Origin: a virus
Reading direction: 5' to 3' (one strand)
Virus record (IMG/VR): IMGVR_UViG_3300040770_000334
Span: 46,017-110,016 of that record
Length of the DNA stretch: 64,000 nucleotides
Shown: piece by piece, positions 30,706 to 40,663 of the stretch
Numbering within the stretch: the stretch's first letter is position 1
Layout: each line of letters starts with the position of its first letter
Translations under genes and position numbers: made by a program
The notes under the pieces: model-generated
Databases searched by the model: none
Seen by the model: only the letters and a program-made list of their open reading frames with translations
What the model was told of the DNA's origin: nothing

Positions 30706-31902
30706 ATGGGATTTAATAAAAAAGCTGAAAAGCTTACACTAACAGCTAAATTAACACCACTAGGACGTAGAAAATTGGTATCGACTAATAACTCACTAAT
30801 AACTAGTTTCGGGTTAGGTGATTCAGATGCTAATTATAACGCTGTAAAACCATTGAGTAGCGGAGAGGTTCCAACAGAGGGCGGTGATATTGGTGTTGGT
30901 AAAACAGCGAGTAATAGCACCAGTTCTAACGTTATCATTAAAAGCTCACTAATTGTTAACGGTAATGGTATTGTTAGAAAACTAGTGGACCCACAATCAT
31001 CAACAATTACCACTGAGAACATATCCAATGGTTACGTTACTGTAGGTGGTGATAACCTTAAATCATTTTTAATTAATAGGGATGATTTCGCAACAGATAG
31101 TTTGGTCAATTTATTTTATTCGTTCGGCCTATCGTTAGATAAAACTGGTGATAATAAATTCACTAATGTGCTTTCTAGCAATGGTGGTTATGCTGATACT
31201 GCAATGAATAATCTAGCGCAAAGTAAGATATTAGTGTTAGCTATTAATAACACTGAATTTGGTGAAACTATTGATGGTAAGAGTGTTAAAATTACAATAC
31301 CAACTACTGCTGGTGATTACACCCTATATAGTACATACCAAAAAAATGGTACTGCTTTGATAAACCAAGATGCAAATGTTAGAGATACAGCGTTAGCTAC
31401 TAACGAGTTTGGTGATAATATTGCTTTCCTATTTTCTGATGATATCCAAACACCTAATGGTGCTGGGTTAAGCTGGGGAACTGGATACGGTAGTGAAAAG
31501 CCATTTAGTCTAAATAACAAACAATTGTTTAACATACAATCAAATGACAATATTGGTGTTACGGCAGATAAAATTGTTGGTATTGTTTATTTAGATAAAG
31601 GTATGGTTGTTATCACAGACCCATTAATTGTTAATGACCGAACTGAAAAACCAATATCTCAAATAACCGTTGGTTTCAATAGTATATCAACTGCAATTTA
31701 TCAAAACATAACATGTATAGCCTCTAGAGGTGAATTTGGTACGTCAACAAATAGTACGTTCAGAAGTACTGATACACCAAGGATTAGTGAGGTTTGTTTA
31801 TATGATAATACAGGTAATATTATTGCAATAGCTAAAACTGATAGACACATAACTAAAAACGTTAATGAGTTTCTTGCTTTAGGTATTAAAATATCATTAT
31901 AA
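30706..31902 (+). CDS. Putative virion structural protein, paralogue of 28535-30673
   Basis: LTPLGRRKL..GLGDSDANY and ISEVCLYDNTGNIIAIAK parallel the upstream gene's termini. Confidence 0.6.
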   Translation: MGFNKKAEKLTLTAKLTPLGRRKLVSTNNSLITSFGLGDSDANYNAVKPLSSGEVPTEGGDIGVGKTASNSTSSNVIIKSSLIVNGNGIVRKLVDPQSSTITTENISNGYVTVGGDNLKSFLINRDDFATDSLVNLFYSFGLSLDKTGDNKFTNVLSSNGGYADTAMNNLAQSKILVLAINNTEFGETIDGKSVKITIPTTAGDYTLYSTYQKNGTALINQDANVRDTALATNEFGDNIAFLFSDDIQTPNGAGLSWGTGYGSEKPFSLNNKQLFNIQSNDNIGVTADKIVGIVYLDKGMVVITDPLIVNDRTEKPISQITVGFNSISTAIYQNITCIASRGEFGTSTNSTFRSTDTPRISEVCLYDNTGNIIAIAKTDRHITKNVNEFLALGIKISL

Positions 31903-31947
31903 CATTTACATTAGGTAATAGTTTGCTAACTTAAATAAAAAAACTTT

Positions 31948-32595
31948 ATGGAAAAAGAACCAGAATTTATCCTTGCATTAGATGTTAGTACATCTACTAT
32001 AGGTATTGCATTATTTGAGGATTTAGGTGATAAAGGGTCTCTTAAACTATTACATCATGTGAGTCCAACTGTTAAACCAAAACCAGTTAGTAAGACTGAA
32101 GAATTATTCCGTAAGGTTGATATATTTGAGCAAGAATTTTTAAGGCATTATAGTAACTTCGGGATAACTAAAGTTATAATCGAAGAACCATTAATCCAAT
32201 CAAATAACATCTATACAGTGGCTATGTTATTAAGGTTTAATGGTATGATTTCAAAATCGGTTTATGACACTCTTGGGGTGATACCAGAGTTCATCTCATC
32301 GTATGATGCTAGAAAATATGCTTTTCCAGAGTTAATGGCGATAAGAAAGTTTAAAAAAGATGGTACTCCATTACTTGAAAAACAAATCGCTAAAAATTTA
32401 CCAGTTTTATTTGGTCAGTATGCATTTGATGTTGATAAGAAATATGTACTTTGGGAAAAAGTTGCTGAATTAGAACCACAAGTAACTTGGTTTTACGATA
32501 AGAAAAATAAACTTAAAAAAGAAACTTTTGATACAAGTGATGCGTATGTTACGGGGCTTGGGTATATGAATAAAATAGGTCTTTGGCCTAGATAG
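31948..32595 (+). CDS. ruvC: RuvC-like Holliday junction resolvase
   Basis: ILALDVSTSTIGIA, IIEEP, DTSDA RNase H-fold acidic residues. Confidence 0.75.
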   Translation: MEKEPEFILALDVSTSTIGIALFEDLGDKGSLKLLHHVSPTVKPKPVSKTEELFRKVDIFEQEFLRHYSNFGITKVIIEEPLIQSNNIYTVAMLLRFNGMISKSVYDTLGVIPEFISSYDARKYAFPELMAIRKFKKDGTPLLEKQIAKNLPVLFGQYAFDVDKKYVLWEKVAELEPQVTWFYDKKNKLKKETFDTSDAYVTGLGYMNKIGLWPR

Positions 32596-32611
32596 TTGTT
32601 CACAAATAATT

Positions 32612-32660
32612 AAAAATTCCACTAAATTGAATTAATATTCTGATTTAGTGGAATTTTTTT
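32612..32660 (+). terminator. Rho-independent terminator
   Basis: AAAAATTCCACTAAAT...ATTTAGTGGAATTTTTTT. Confidence 0.75.
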
Positions 32661-32714
32661 GTTATTATACGTAAATTAGTGGAAAATAATTTGTATTTTT
32701 GTAAAAAAAGTAGA

Positions 32715-33668
32715 ATGTCGTTTTTATTAGTCAATATATTAAGTGGGTTTTTAGGTGAGTGTAGAGGTCACAATGAAGATACTGGACAAATCCGTTTTGA
32801 TTGTCCAGCATGTTCGGCTGAAAATGGTTTAATTGATGGTGATGGTAAGGGTAATTTAGAGATAAACTACGATAGAAGCGTTTTTAAGTGCTGGTCTTGT
32901 AAAGATAGGAACTATATGAGTGGTTCTGTACTTAAATTATTAAACAACTACGCTACACCAAAAAACATAAGGGATTATTTACTGGTAAGACCAGATGCTG
33001 ATGTTATTACAGAAAAAGAACGTGTTGAGATTGTTGTTACGTTACCGAAAGGTTATAAAAAATTAACTGACTGCACATATAAAGATTTCAAGTATAATAT
33101 AGCGATGGGTTATTTACGTAGTCGTGGTATTACTGATGATATAATAAAAGAGTTTGAAATAGGGTATACTACTGAGGGAGATTTTTTTAATCGAATCATA
33201 ATACCATCCTATGATAGTGAGGGTAAACTTAATTACTTTATCGCTAGATGGTTTGCTAAAGAATATACTAAATTAAAATATATAAACCCTATCGCTGAGA
33301 AACAAGAAATTGTTTTTGGTGAGTCAAAAGTCAATTGGGATGCAACGATTTATTTAGTTGAGGGTGCTACTGACTTTATAGTTACACCAAACTCGATTCC
33401 ATTATTGGGAAAATTCATCTCAGAGATATTATTTGAGTTATTATACACCAAAGCTAGTGGAAACATAGTTATTGTCTTAGATGGCGAGGATGAGGCTTAT
33501 GCTGATGCGTTAAACATATATCACCAGCTAAATTTTGGTGATTTAAGAGGTAGAATTAGAATTGTTAGACCACCAGAGAATGAGGACCCATCAACGATAT
33601 TCCAAAAATATGGTTTTAAGGGCATTATTTCTTTATTACGCACTGCAATTAAATTGCCAGAATATTAG
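32715..33668 (+). CDS. dnaG: DNA primase (Zn finger + TOPRIM)
   Basis: CPAC..CWSC, YL.SRGI, LVEGATD, LDGED; start placed at ATG32715. Confidence 0.85.
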   Translation: MSFLLVNILSGFLGECRGHNEDTGQIRFDCPACSAENGLIDGDGKGNLEINYDRSVFKCWSCKDRNYMSGSVLKLLNNYATPKNIRDYLLVRPDADVITEKERVEIVVTLPKGYKKLTDCTYKDFKYNIAMGYLRSRGITDDIIKEFEIGYTTEGDFFNRIIIPSYDSEGKLNYFIARWFAKEYTKLKYINPIAEKQEIVFGESKVNWDATIYLVEGATDFIVTPNSIPLLGKFISEILFELLYTKASGNIVIVLDGEDEAYADALNIYHQLNFGDLRGRIRIVRPPENEDPSTIFQKYGFKGIISLLRTAIKLPEY

Positions 33669-33669
33669 T

Positions 33670-34071
33670 TTATAGCGTAGAATTATACCCGAATTCATTT
33701 TTCTCAGCTGCACCAATGCTAATTAAACTATTCCATACGTTTTGGGCATCTTGTGATTGGTTTTTATCTGAATAAAGTATTTTACCCATTTTTTTTAGTG
33801 ATTTTATTATGTATAAATACATTCGTTTACCTATACCTTTTTTTCTAAATTCTTCTAAAAGTGTAACGCTATCAATTCTATAATTATCAGCATAATTGAC
33901 TAATCTGAAACTACCAATTTTAACGCCATCGTATAATGGTATAAAAACAGTTTTTCCATTAACAAATACTTGTTTAATAGATATTTTACTAAAATCAAAT
34001 GGTTTTTCGATTGTTTTAGTTTCTGGTTGGTTTAAATTTTCTTTTAACTTATTTTTAATAAACTCCCTCAT
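33670..34071 (-). CDS. GNAT-family N-acetyltransferase
   Basis: Acetyl-CoA motif A EEFRKKGIGKRMY; SQDAQNVWNSL; ATG at 34071. Confidence 0.7.
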   Translation of the reverse strand: MREFIKNKLKENLNQPETKTIEKPFDFSKISIKQVFVNGKTVFIPLYDGVKIGSFRLVNYADNYRIDSVTLLEEFRKKGIGKRMYLYIIKSLKKMGKILYSDKNQSQDAQNVWNSLISIGAAEKNEFGYNSTL

Positions 34072-34092
34072 ATTAATCTTTAATATAAATAG

Positions 34093-34123
34093 TTGATTAT
34101 TTGATAAAATCTTAGTAGGTTTG
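34093..34123 (+). promoter_or_regulatory. Bacteroidota-type -33/-7 promoter
   Basis: TTG-N20-TAGGTTTG. Confidence 0.65.
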
Positions 34124-34142
34124 CATAAATTACAAAAAACGT

Positions 34143-34925
34143 ATGAGTCAAGCAAAATTATGGGAAGGGCCAGTTTATTTAGAGCCAATAGCGCATAAAT
34201 ACATTCACAGAATTACTGGTAAGAAATATTCATCAGTTACAACAACATTAACCTCTATCGAACCACATTTTGATGTCCAAGGTGTTTCAGCGGCTATAGC
34301 GAACCAACAAGATTCATCTAAACAAGAGCGATATATAGGTTTAACACAACAAGAAATTATCGATTTCTGGCAAAATTTAAACGATGAGGCCAATGTGTAT
34401 GGTACTATGGTCCATGATATCGTTGAGCGTTATTTATTGGCCAATAAATTTTATTTCCCAAAAGATACACCAGAAGGTGAATTTGAACAAAAAGTTATTG
34501 ATGGGTATAATGCTCTTGATATTGATGAGGGTGAGGCCGTTTGGCCAGAAAGAATTTTATTTTCTGAGGAACACGAATTAGCTGGAATGTCCGATTTAAT
34601 AATTGATATTGATGATGTATATTTCGATGTTTTGGACCACAAAACCAATAGAGTGTTTAATTTCCATAATCCATATGGTAATGAGACATTATATAAACCA
34701 TTCGACCACTTACAAGCCTGTCAATGGTCGATATATACTTTGCAGTTGAGTGTTTATGCTTACATGTACGAATTAGAATTTCCAAAGCGTAAATGCCGTA
34801 AAATTGTTGTTCTATATTGGGACAAGGTAAAAGAGAGTTTCGAGAAAATACATATTATGTATTTAAAGCATGAGGCAAAAAAATTGATTGAATTACATTA
34901 CTATAACTTAATGAAAAACGCATAA
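34143..34925 (+). CDS. PD-(D/E)XK exonuclease
   Basis: GTMVH, ERILFS, LAGMSDL, DHKT, YTLQLSVY. Confidence 0.8.
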   Translation: MSQAKLWEGPVYLEPIAHKYIHRITGKKYSSVTTTLTSIEPHFDVQGVSAAIANQQDSSKQERYIGLTQQEIIDFWQNLNDEANVYGTMVHDIVERYLLANKFYFPKDTPEGEFEQKVIDGYNALDIDEGEAVWPERILFSEEHELAGMSDLIIDIDDVYFDVLDHKTNRVFNFHNPYGNETLYKPFDHLQACQWSIYTLQLSVYAYMYELEFPKRKCRKIVVLYWDKVKESFEKIHIMYLKHEAKKLIELHYYNLMKNA

Positions 34926-34927
34926 CT

Positions 34928-36313
34928 ATGAATAATATAGATACTAATCTTCTAGTCTTACCTAAAATAACACAAAAAATGGTTACTGAAAAACTAAAAG
35001 TAATTACCTCACCAAATATTGAGACACTTAACGAATTACAGTTAGAGATATATAATAAAATAACCAATATAAATGCATATAGTTTTTCACAGACCTTATT
35101 AACTGGGTATTCTGGTACTGGAAAAAGTTTTTTAGTGACTAAAATAATTGAAGGTCTGATTGCTAATGATAGAAACTTGGTAGTTGGGATAACAGCACCA
35201 ACAAATAAAGCTGTTAGGGTTCTAAAAAACCTTTCATCAATTGATGAAAACCATAGACAAGTTGGTTTCAATACATTACACTCTTTATTAGGGTTAAAAA
35301 GAGTTATAACTAATGAAGGTAAGGAAGAGTATAAAGCTGATTTTAATAGTAGTGACATATCTGAATACAACATAATAATTGTTGATGAAGTTTCTATGTT
35401 AGACAATGAGATTTATAATACCTTAATCTTAAGTGCGAAAAGGAATAAGATAATGTTATTATTTATTGGTGATAGAGGCCAAATACCGCCAGTTAACGGT
35501 GGTGAATCCGTTTTATTCTCTATTGATTTGGAGAATAATTTTAATTTGAGTGATATAATTAGACAAGCTAAGGGTAACCCGATTGTTGACCTAGCGCAAA
35601 AAATTAGGTCTAACGAATCTTATGTGTTAGAAACAACGGTTGATGAAAAGAACAACGGGATTATTGTTGTTAAACTAAATACTGAGATGCCATTACTTGA
35701 ACATTACTTTAAGTCTGATAATTTTAATTCGGACCCAAATTTTATTAAAGTGTTAGCTTGGACAAATAGTGCTGTTAATTACTACAATGGTAAGATTAGG
35801 GCGATGATTTATGGTGAGGGTGCTGGTAAAATATGTGTTGGTGAAAAAATGATTTGTAATAAACCAATTATTGACAGTAAAAAACGTGTGCTTTTGAATA
35901 ATAACGATGAGTTTGAAGTCATTTCTTTTTCAATGAAAGAAGAAAATAGGAAATATACTTTTAGTTATTATTCGATAGCCGTAATGTCAAATGGTGTCAG
36001 ACATGTTATCAAAGTGCTTGCGGAGAAGTCTGAGGCCAGTTTCCAAAAAGAGTTATTAAAGTTAAAAACAAAAGCAAACAACTCTAGTGCTATGTCAAAA
36101 AGAAATGCATGGTCAGCTTATTTTAAATTGTTGGACAGATATGCTGATATCAAATACAATTACGCTTTAACTGTTCATAAATCACAAGGTAGTACCTTTG
36201 ATAATGTTATTGTGATTAATTGTGATATTAAAAGAGTAAGAAACAACACTGAAAGAGGTCAATTACTTTATACAGCAGTAACTAGAGCAAAAGATAAATT
36301 ATTTATAATATGA
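34928..36313 (+). CDS. dda: Dda/RecD-like SF1B helicase
   Basis: GYSGTGKS, APTNKA, DEVSM, GDRGQIPP, YALTVHKSQGST, LYTAVTRA. Confidence 0.88.
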   Translation: MNNIDTNLLVLPKITQKMVTEKLKVITSPNIETLNELQLEIYNKITNINAYSFSQTLLTGYSGTGKSFLVTKIIEGLIANDRNLVVGITAPTNKAVRVLKNLSSIDENHRQVGFNTLHSLLGLKRVITNEGKEEYKADFNSSDISEYNIIIVDEVSMLDNEIYNTLILSAKRNKIMLLFIGDRGQIPPVNGGESVLFSIDLENNFNLSDIIRQAKGNPIVDLAQKIRSNESYVLETTVDEKNNGIIVVKLNTEMPLLEHYFKSDNFNSDPNFIKVLAWTNSAVNYYNGKIRAMIYGEGAGKICVGEKMICNKPIIDSKKRVLLNNNDEFEVISFSMKEENRKYTFSYYSIAVMSNGVRHVIKVLAEKSEASFQKELLKLKTKANNSSAMSKRNAWSAYFKLLDRYADIKYNYALTVHKSQGSTFDNVIVINCDIKRVRNNTERGQLLYTAVTRAKDKLFII

Positions 36314-37122
36314 TAAAAAAAGTAATACACATTGGTGATATTCACATAAGAACTTTTAGGTTACATGATGAATATAAGGAAGTATTCAAATCTTTAATGT
36401 CCGATGTTAAGGGGTTAATTAAAGGTTATGAACGAGAAGAAGTTAGAATTGTTGTTGCTGGTGACTTAGTGCATCAAAAAATAGTTATATCAAACGAACA
36501 ATTGATGCTTTGTACTTGGTTTTTTAAAGCTCTAGAGGAAATTGCCCCATTAATTGTCATTGCTGGGAATCATGATTTACTTGAGAACAATAAGGACCGT
36601 TTAGATAGTATTACACCAGTGGTGCAGTTCCTACCAGATTTGAATATTAATTATTTTAAGGAATCTAAGTGTTATTTAGATGATAACATTGTTTGGTCCA
36701 CATATTCTATTTTTGAAGAAAATGCGACCCCAGACATAGCATCAGCTAGGTTACAGTTTGGTGATGATAAAACCTATATTGGGTTGTACCATGCTGCATT
36801 GGTAAACGCTAAAACTGATATTGGTTTTGAGATTGACCATGGTGCTGGGTTAGAGATTTTTGAGGGTTGTGATATCGTGATGATGGGTGATATACATAAA
36901 AGACAATCATTCAATCACAAAGGAACGGTTGTTGCATATTGCGGTTCGCTTGTCCAACAAAATTTTGGTGAAAAAGTTGGTGGGCATGGATTTTTATTTT
37001 GGGATATTGAGTCAAAGACCTATACTGAACACGATGTTGATAATAGACATCCTTATTACCAATTTAAGCTTAAATCACTTGACGATTTAGATAACGGAAC
37101 CGAGAAACTAACAAATAAGTAA
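36310..37122 (+). CDS. sbcD: Mre11/SbcD-like nuclease (gp47-like)
   Basis: HIGDIH, AGDLVH, GNHD, GDIH metallophosphoesterase motifs. Confidence 0.88.
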   Translation: MIKKVIHIGDIHIRTFRLHDEYKEVFKSLMSDVKGLIKGYEREEVRIVVAGDLVHQKIVISNEQLMLCTWFFKALEEIAPLIVIAGNHDLLENNKDRLDSITPVVQFLPDLNINYFKESKCYLDDNIVWSTYSIFEENATPDIASARLQFGDDKTYIGLYHAALVNAKTDIGFEIDHGAGLEIFEGCDIVMMGDIHKRQSFNHKGTVVAYCGSLVQQNFGEKVGGHGFLFWDIESKTYTEHDVDNRHPYYQFKLKSLDDLDNGTEKLTNK

Positions 37123-37125
37123 ATT

Positions 37126-37347
37126 ATGAAATTAAAAGAATTAAAAGATTATATTAACAGCCTACCAAGTAGGTTAGATGATTTCACTGTTGTAAATGGT
37201 GAAATGGTTAATGTTGAAGATGGTAAGAATTTAATGTTGGTTAATAACACTGTTGTTACGGTATATGTTGATGAAGAAACTAGTGAGATACAAATTTTAC
37301 ACCAGTCGGAAGACGATATCAAGGATATGGTAATAAACGGGGTGTAA
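37126..37347 (+). CDS. Hypothetical protein
   Basis: 73-aa ORF, coupled. Confidence 0.6.
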   Translation: MKLKELKDYINSLPSRLDDFTVVNGEMVNVEDGKNLMLVNNTVVTVYVDEETSEIQILHQSEDDIKDMVINGV

Positions 37348-37670
37348 TGGATATCACTGAAAAAATACAAAAAGAGATAGCTATTTACTGTAAAGCTAAT
37401 GGGATTGATGACGTTAATGGGTTTTTAAATGGTTTAGTAGTAAAAGCCTTTAATATAGAAAAATATGGCGCAACCCCAAACTACCCATCTGATAAATTAA
37501 TCAAAGCAGTAAAAGAACCAAAACCAAAAGTAGTTAAAGTCAAACCAATTTCACTAACGGTATCGTACCCACTTGAGGATTTGATTGAAGCGCACGCAAA
37601 AGAGGCTGAGGCGTTAAAAGATGCCCTTAAAATAGATAAAAAAAAATTAGATTTATATGACGAAAATTAA
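37347..37670 (+). CDS. Hypothetical protein
   Basis: 107-aa ORF, coupled. Confidence 0.6.
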   Translation: MDITEKIQKEIAIYCKANGIDDVNGFLNGLVVKAFNIEKYGATPNYPSDKLIKAVKEPKPKVVKVKPISLTVSYPLEDLIEAHAKEAEALKDALKIDKKKLDLYDEN

Positions 37671-40029
37671 TACTGAACCACCATTGGAGATACCAGCATA
37701 TGCTAAGGTAAAGGTGTATTGGGACGATACCCCAGTTAATTATAGTAAAGAAGGTAAAGTTAAGGTTAGGAATTATTTTGCCAACAAATATGGTCTAAAT
37801 AAGAATAACGTTAACGTTGTTTATCGACCAGTAAAGTATAGTGAAAATGGTGATGTTATTGAAATCACGGGTGCTGGTATTGATAACATCATGGATGTTA
37901 ATTACCAAAGAGCCCTAATGAAAGAAATTATTGCTAGGGATGGTAAAACGGTTGATTTTAATAGAATAATTGCTTTAGATGATAAAGTTAATGGGGAGTT
38001 AAATGTTGATTTAAGTGCTACACAACATAGAACATGGGCGATAAAATGGTTAATGGTTGATAATTTTTTATCTTTTGGCGAAAACAATTTTGTCCCATTT
38101 AGTAAGATTAGGGGTCTTACGGTTGTTAATTCGGTACCCCCAAATCAAGGTGGTAAAACAACTTTGACTATTGATGCAATAAAATTTTTGTTACACGGTA
38201 GTACCACTAAAACTGATAAGAATGAACAGATTTTTAACCTATATAGTGGTAAGGATGCGTTAATTGTTAGAGGGATGATATCAATTGAGGATGATGAACT
38301 AATTATTGAGAGAAAATTGAAACGTTCACTTAAAAAAAGTGGTGGTGGTTGGACTGTGAATAATACTGTTAATTATTATAAGGTGTTGCCAGATGGAAGT
38401 GAAGAATTACAGAATGAGGAAGATGCAAAACAAACAACTAAAAGTCTAAGAGAGGCTATTGGTAGCGAGAAAGATTTTGAGTTACTAGTGTTAGCTACTG
38501 AGAAAAATTTAGATGATTTAATTGGTCTTACGACTACTGAATCTGGTAAGGTATTAACAAGGTTGATTGGGTTGGAAATACTTGAATTAAAAGAGGATGC
38601 TGCTAGAAAAATGCATAATGAATTCTCAAAAAAGAAAAAATCAAACCAGTATGATGTAATCACGCTTACTGACGATATAATTACACATAATGAAAAAATA
38701 GTTACTAATACTGAGTTAGAAGGTATTTTAGTTGAAAAATTAGCAACTACTAAAAACGAAATAACGGCACATAGTGTCGAGAATGACCGATTATTAAATT
38801 CTAAACAAAAAATAGATATTAATATTGTCTCGTTGGACCCATCAAAACTAGAAAGTGAGATACTTATTATAAAAGAAAAAGGTGTCGACTTAAAAAGTAA
38901 AATATCTGATTTTACTGATAAAATAAATGGTATTGGTGTAATCAAGTTTGATGAAGATAGACATTTGGAGTTATCGAAGGAAATTGCTGTTAATAATACA
39001 GAAATTGCGCTTAAGGTAAATGATATCTACCGACTGGAAGCAACTATCAATGATTTAATTGCTGGTGGTGTCTGTAAATCATGTAACCGTAAATTGGACA
39101 CTGTTGATAACACTGAACATATTAAAACACATCGTAAAGAGGTTGATAAAAAGGTAGCTGAAAAGTTATTATTAATCTCCGATAGGGATAATGTATTATC
39201 AGTTGAATGGGCAACGTTAGCAAATGTTAAGTCTTTAGTTGATGAGAAGAATCGTTTAGAACTAGCTAAAGATAGAACTGAAGTTGAGATTGGGTCACTA
39301 AGGAATAAATTAGTATCTAAAATGAACGATATTAAACAGTATAACCTAAATGTAGGTGCTATTGAGTTAAATCAGAAAATAGATTCTGAGGTTAGTATGG
39401 TTAAAACTAATTTGGCTGTTTGTGAGTATGCTAAAGATGACACATTAATCCGTATCCAGAGAGTTCAGAATGAGCTTAAGGACCACAAGTTAAATATCGA
39501 GACTAAAACTTTATTAATTGAAACGATTAAAAAAGAAGAAGAAATTGATAAAATATTTAAGGTTTATGTTGAGTTGGTAGGTAAAAAGGGTATTAGTAAG
39601 TTAGTTCTTCGTTCAGTGTTACCAATTATTAACTCTGAGTTACAACGGTTGTTAGATGACACCTGTGACTTTGAGGTTGAAATATTTATTGATGATAAGA
39701 ATGACGTTCAATTTTTGATTAATGATGATGGTGTTAGTAGACCGTTAAAATCAGCTAGTGGTTTAGAAAAAACAGCTGCTAGTTTAGCGTTAAGAGGTGT
39801 GTTAGGTAAAATATCAACATTACCTATGCCTAATTTCATTACTTTTGATGAGGTTTTAGGTAAAATTGCGCCAGAGAATATTGATAAGTTGAAATCTTTG
39901 TTTGATAAAATAAAAGACATGTATGATATTGTCTTCCTTATAACGCATAATGATTTGGTTAAAGATTGGGGTGACAACGTGTTAACTGTTGTTAAAGAAG
40001 GTCACATATCAAAAGTAACTGTTAAATAA
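37657..40029 (+). CDS. sbcC: Rad50/SbcC-like ATPase (gp46-like)
   Basis: NQGGKTT Walker A, coiled coil, CKSC Zn hook, ASGLEK signature, FDE Walker B, ITH. Confidence 0.88.
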   Translation: MTKINTEPPLEIPAYAKVKVYWDDTPVNYSKEGKVKVRNYFANKYGLNKNNVNVVYRPVKYSENGDVIEITGAGIDNIMDVNYQRALMKEIIARDGKTVDFNRIIALDDKVNGELNVDLSATQHRTWAIKWLMVDNFLSFGENNFVPFSKIRGLTVVNSVPPNQGGKTTLTIDAIKFLLHGSTTKTDKNEQIFNLYSGKDALIVRGMISIEDDELIIERKLKRSLKKSGGGWTVNNTVNYYKVLPDGSEELQNEEDAKQTTKSLREAIGSEKDFELLVLATEKNLDDLIGLTTTESGKVLTRLIGLEILELKEDAARKMHNEFSKKKKSNQYDVITLTDDIITHNEKIVTNTELEGILVEKLATTKNEITAHSVENDRLLNSKQKIDINIVSLDPSKLESEILIIKEKGVDLKSKISDFTDKINGIGVIKFDEDRHLELSKEIAVNNTEIALKVNDIYRLEATINDLIAGGVCKSCNRKLDTVDNTEHIKTHRKEVDKKVAEKLLLISDRDNVLSVEWATLANVKSLVDEKNRLELAKDRTEVEIGSLRNKLVSKMNDIKQYNLNVGAIELNQKIDSEVSMVKTNLAVCEYAKDDTLIRIQRVQNELKDHKLNIETKTLLIETIKKEEEIDKIFKVYVELVGKKGISKLVLRSVLPIINSELQRLLDDTCDFEVEIFIDDKNDVQFLINDDGVSRPLKSASGLEKTAASLALRGVLGKISTLPMPNFITFDEVLGKIAPENIDKLKSLFDKIKDMYDIVFLITHNDLVKDWGDNVLTVVKEGHISKVTVK

Positions 40030-40037
40030 AAAAATAT

Positions 40038-40574
40038 ATGAGGTTTAGAAAATATTGTGTTATAATACTTAAAAACACGGAGAAAGCAATTGAGGAAATT
40101 GATAAAATATGTGAGGGTGTACCTAATATTTTAAATGGTGGTGGTATGATTATCGCCACCTTCATTTCGGCACTGGAACCAAAGGAAATTAATGACTGGT
40201 TTATATCTAATGAGCGTAATTTTTTATTTTTTGAGTTAAACCCAGATAGTTCTGGTTATAACATCATAAATGAAAAATTAAACACAGCACTATTCGGTTT
40301 TTTAAAAAATGATGATTTGGATTTAAAACGTGATAATTTTTTACGTGAAATTAATCTATCGTCAGCAACAACTAATAATGTTGTTAGGGCTGTTAATGTG
40401 AAGAAGATTACCAAACCTAAAGTTGAGGTTAAGATAACAGCAACTGATATCGCTGATATGGGTGAGGTTGAGAAACGTAAGTTATTCGATAAAATACTTG
40501 ATAATGCTAACCAAAATGGTGTTATTAAATTAAGTAACTACGATAAAAAATTGTTACAGCTACTTGCGAAATAA
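40038..40574 (+). CDS. Hypothetical protein
   Basis: 178-aa ORF. Confidence 0.65.
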   Translation: MRFRKYCVIILKNTEKAIEEIDKICEGVPNILNGGGMIIATFISALEPKEINDWFISNERNFLFFELNPDSSGYNIINEKLNTALFGFLKNDDLDLKRDNFLREINLSSATTNNVVRAVNVKKITKPKVEVKITATDIADMGEVEKRKLFDKILDNANQNGVIKLSNYDKKLLQLLAK

Positions 40575-40598
40575 TTAAAAAAAAAACCAGGTTAAAAC

Positions 40599-40629
40599 TT
40601 GACTTTTGTTACTTTATGCAGTATATTTG
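40599..40629 (+). promoter_or_regulatory. Bacteroidota-type -33/-7 promoter (sigma gene)
   Basis: TTG-N20-TATATTTG. Confidence 0.8.
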
Positions 40630-40663
40630 TACACAATAACAAAGATAAGTAAACAGGTTTTTA

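Noticed and set aside
34143-34925. Cas4 assignment
   Set aside because: It lacks the four-Cys Fe-S pattern and has no CRISPR context; kept as a generic PD-(D/E)XK nuclease.
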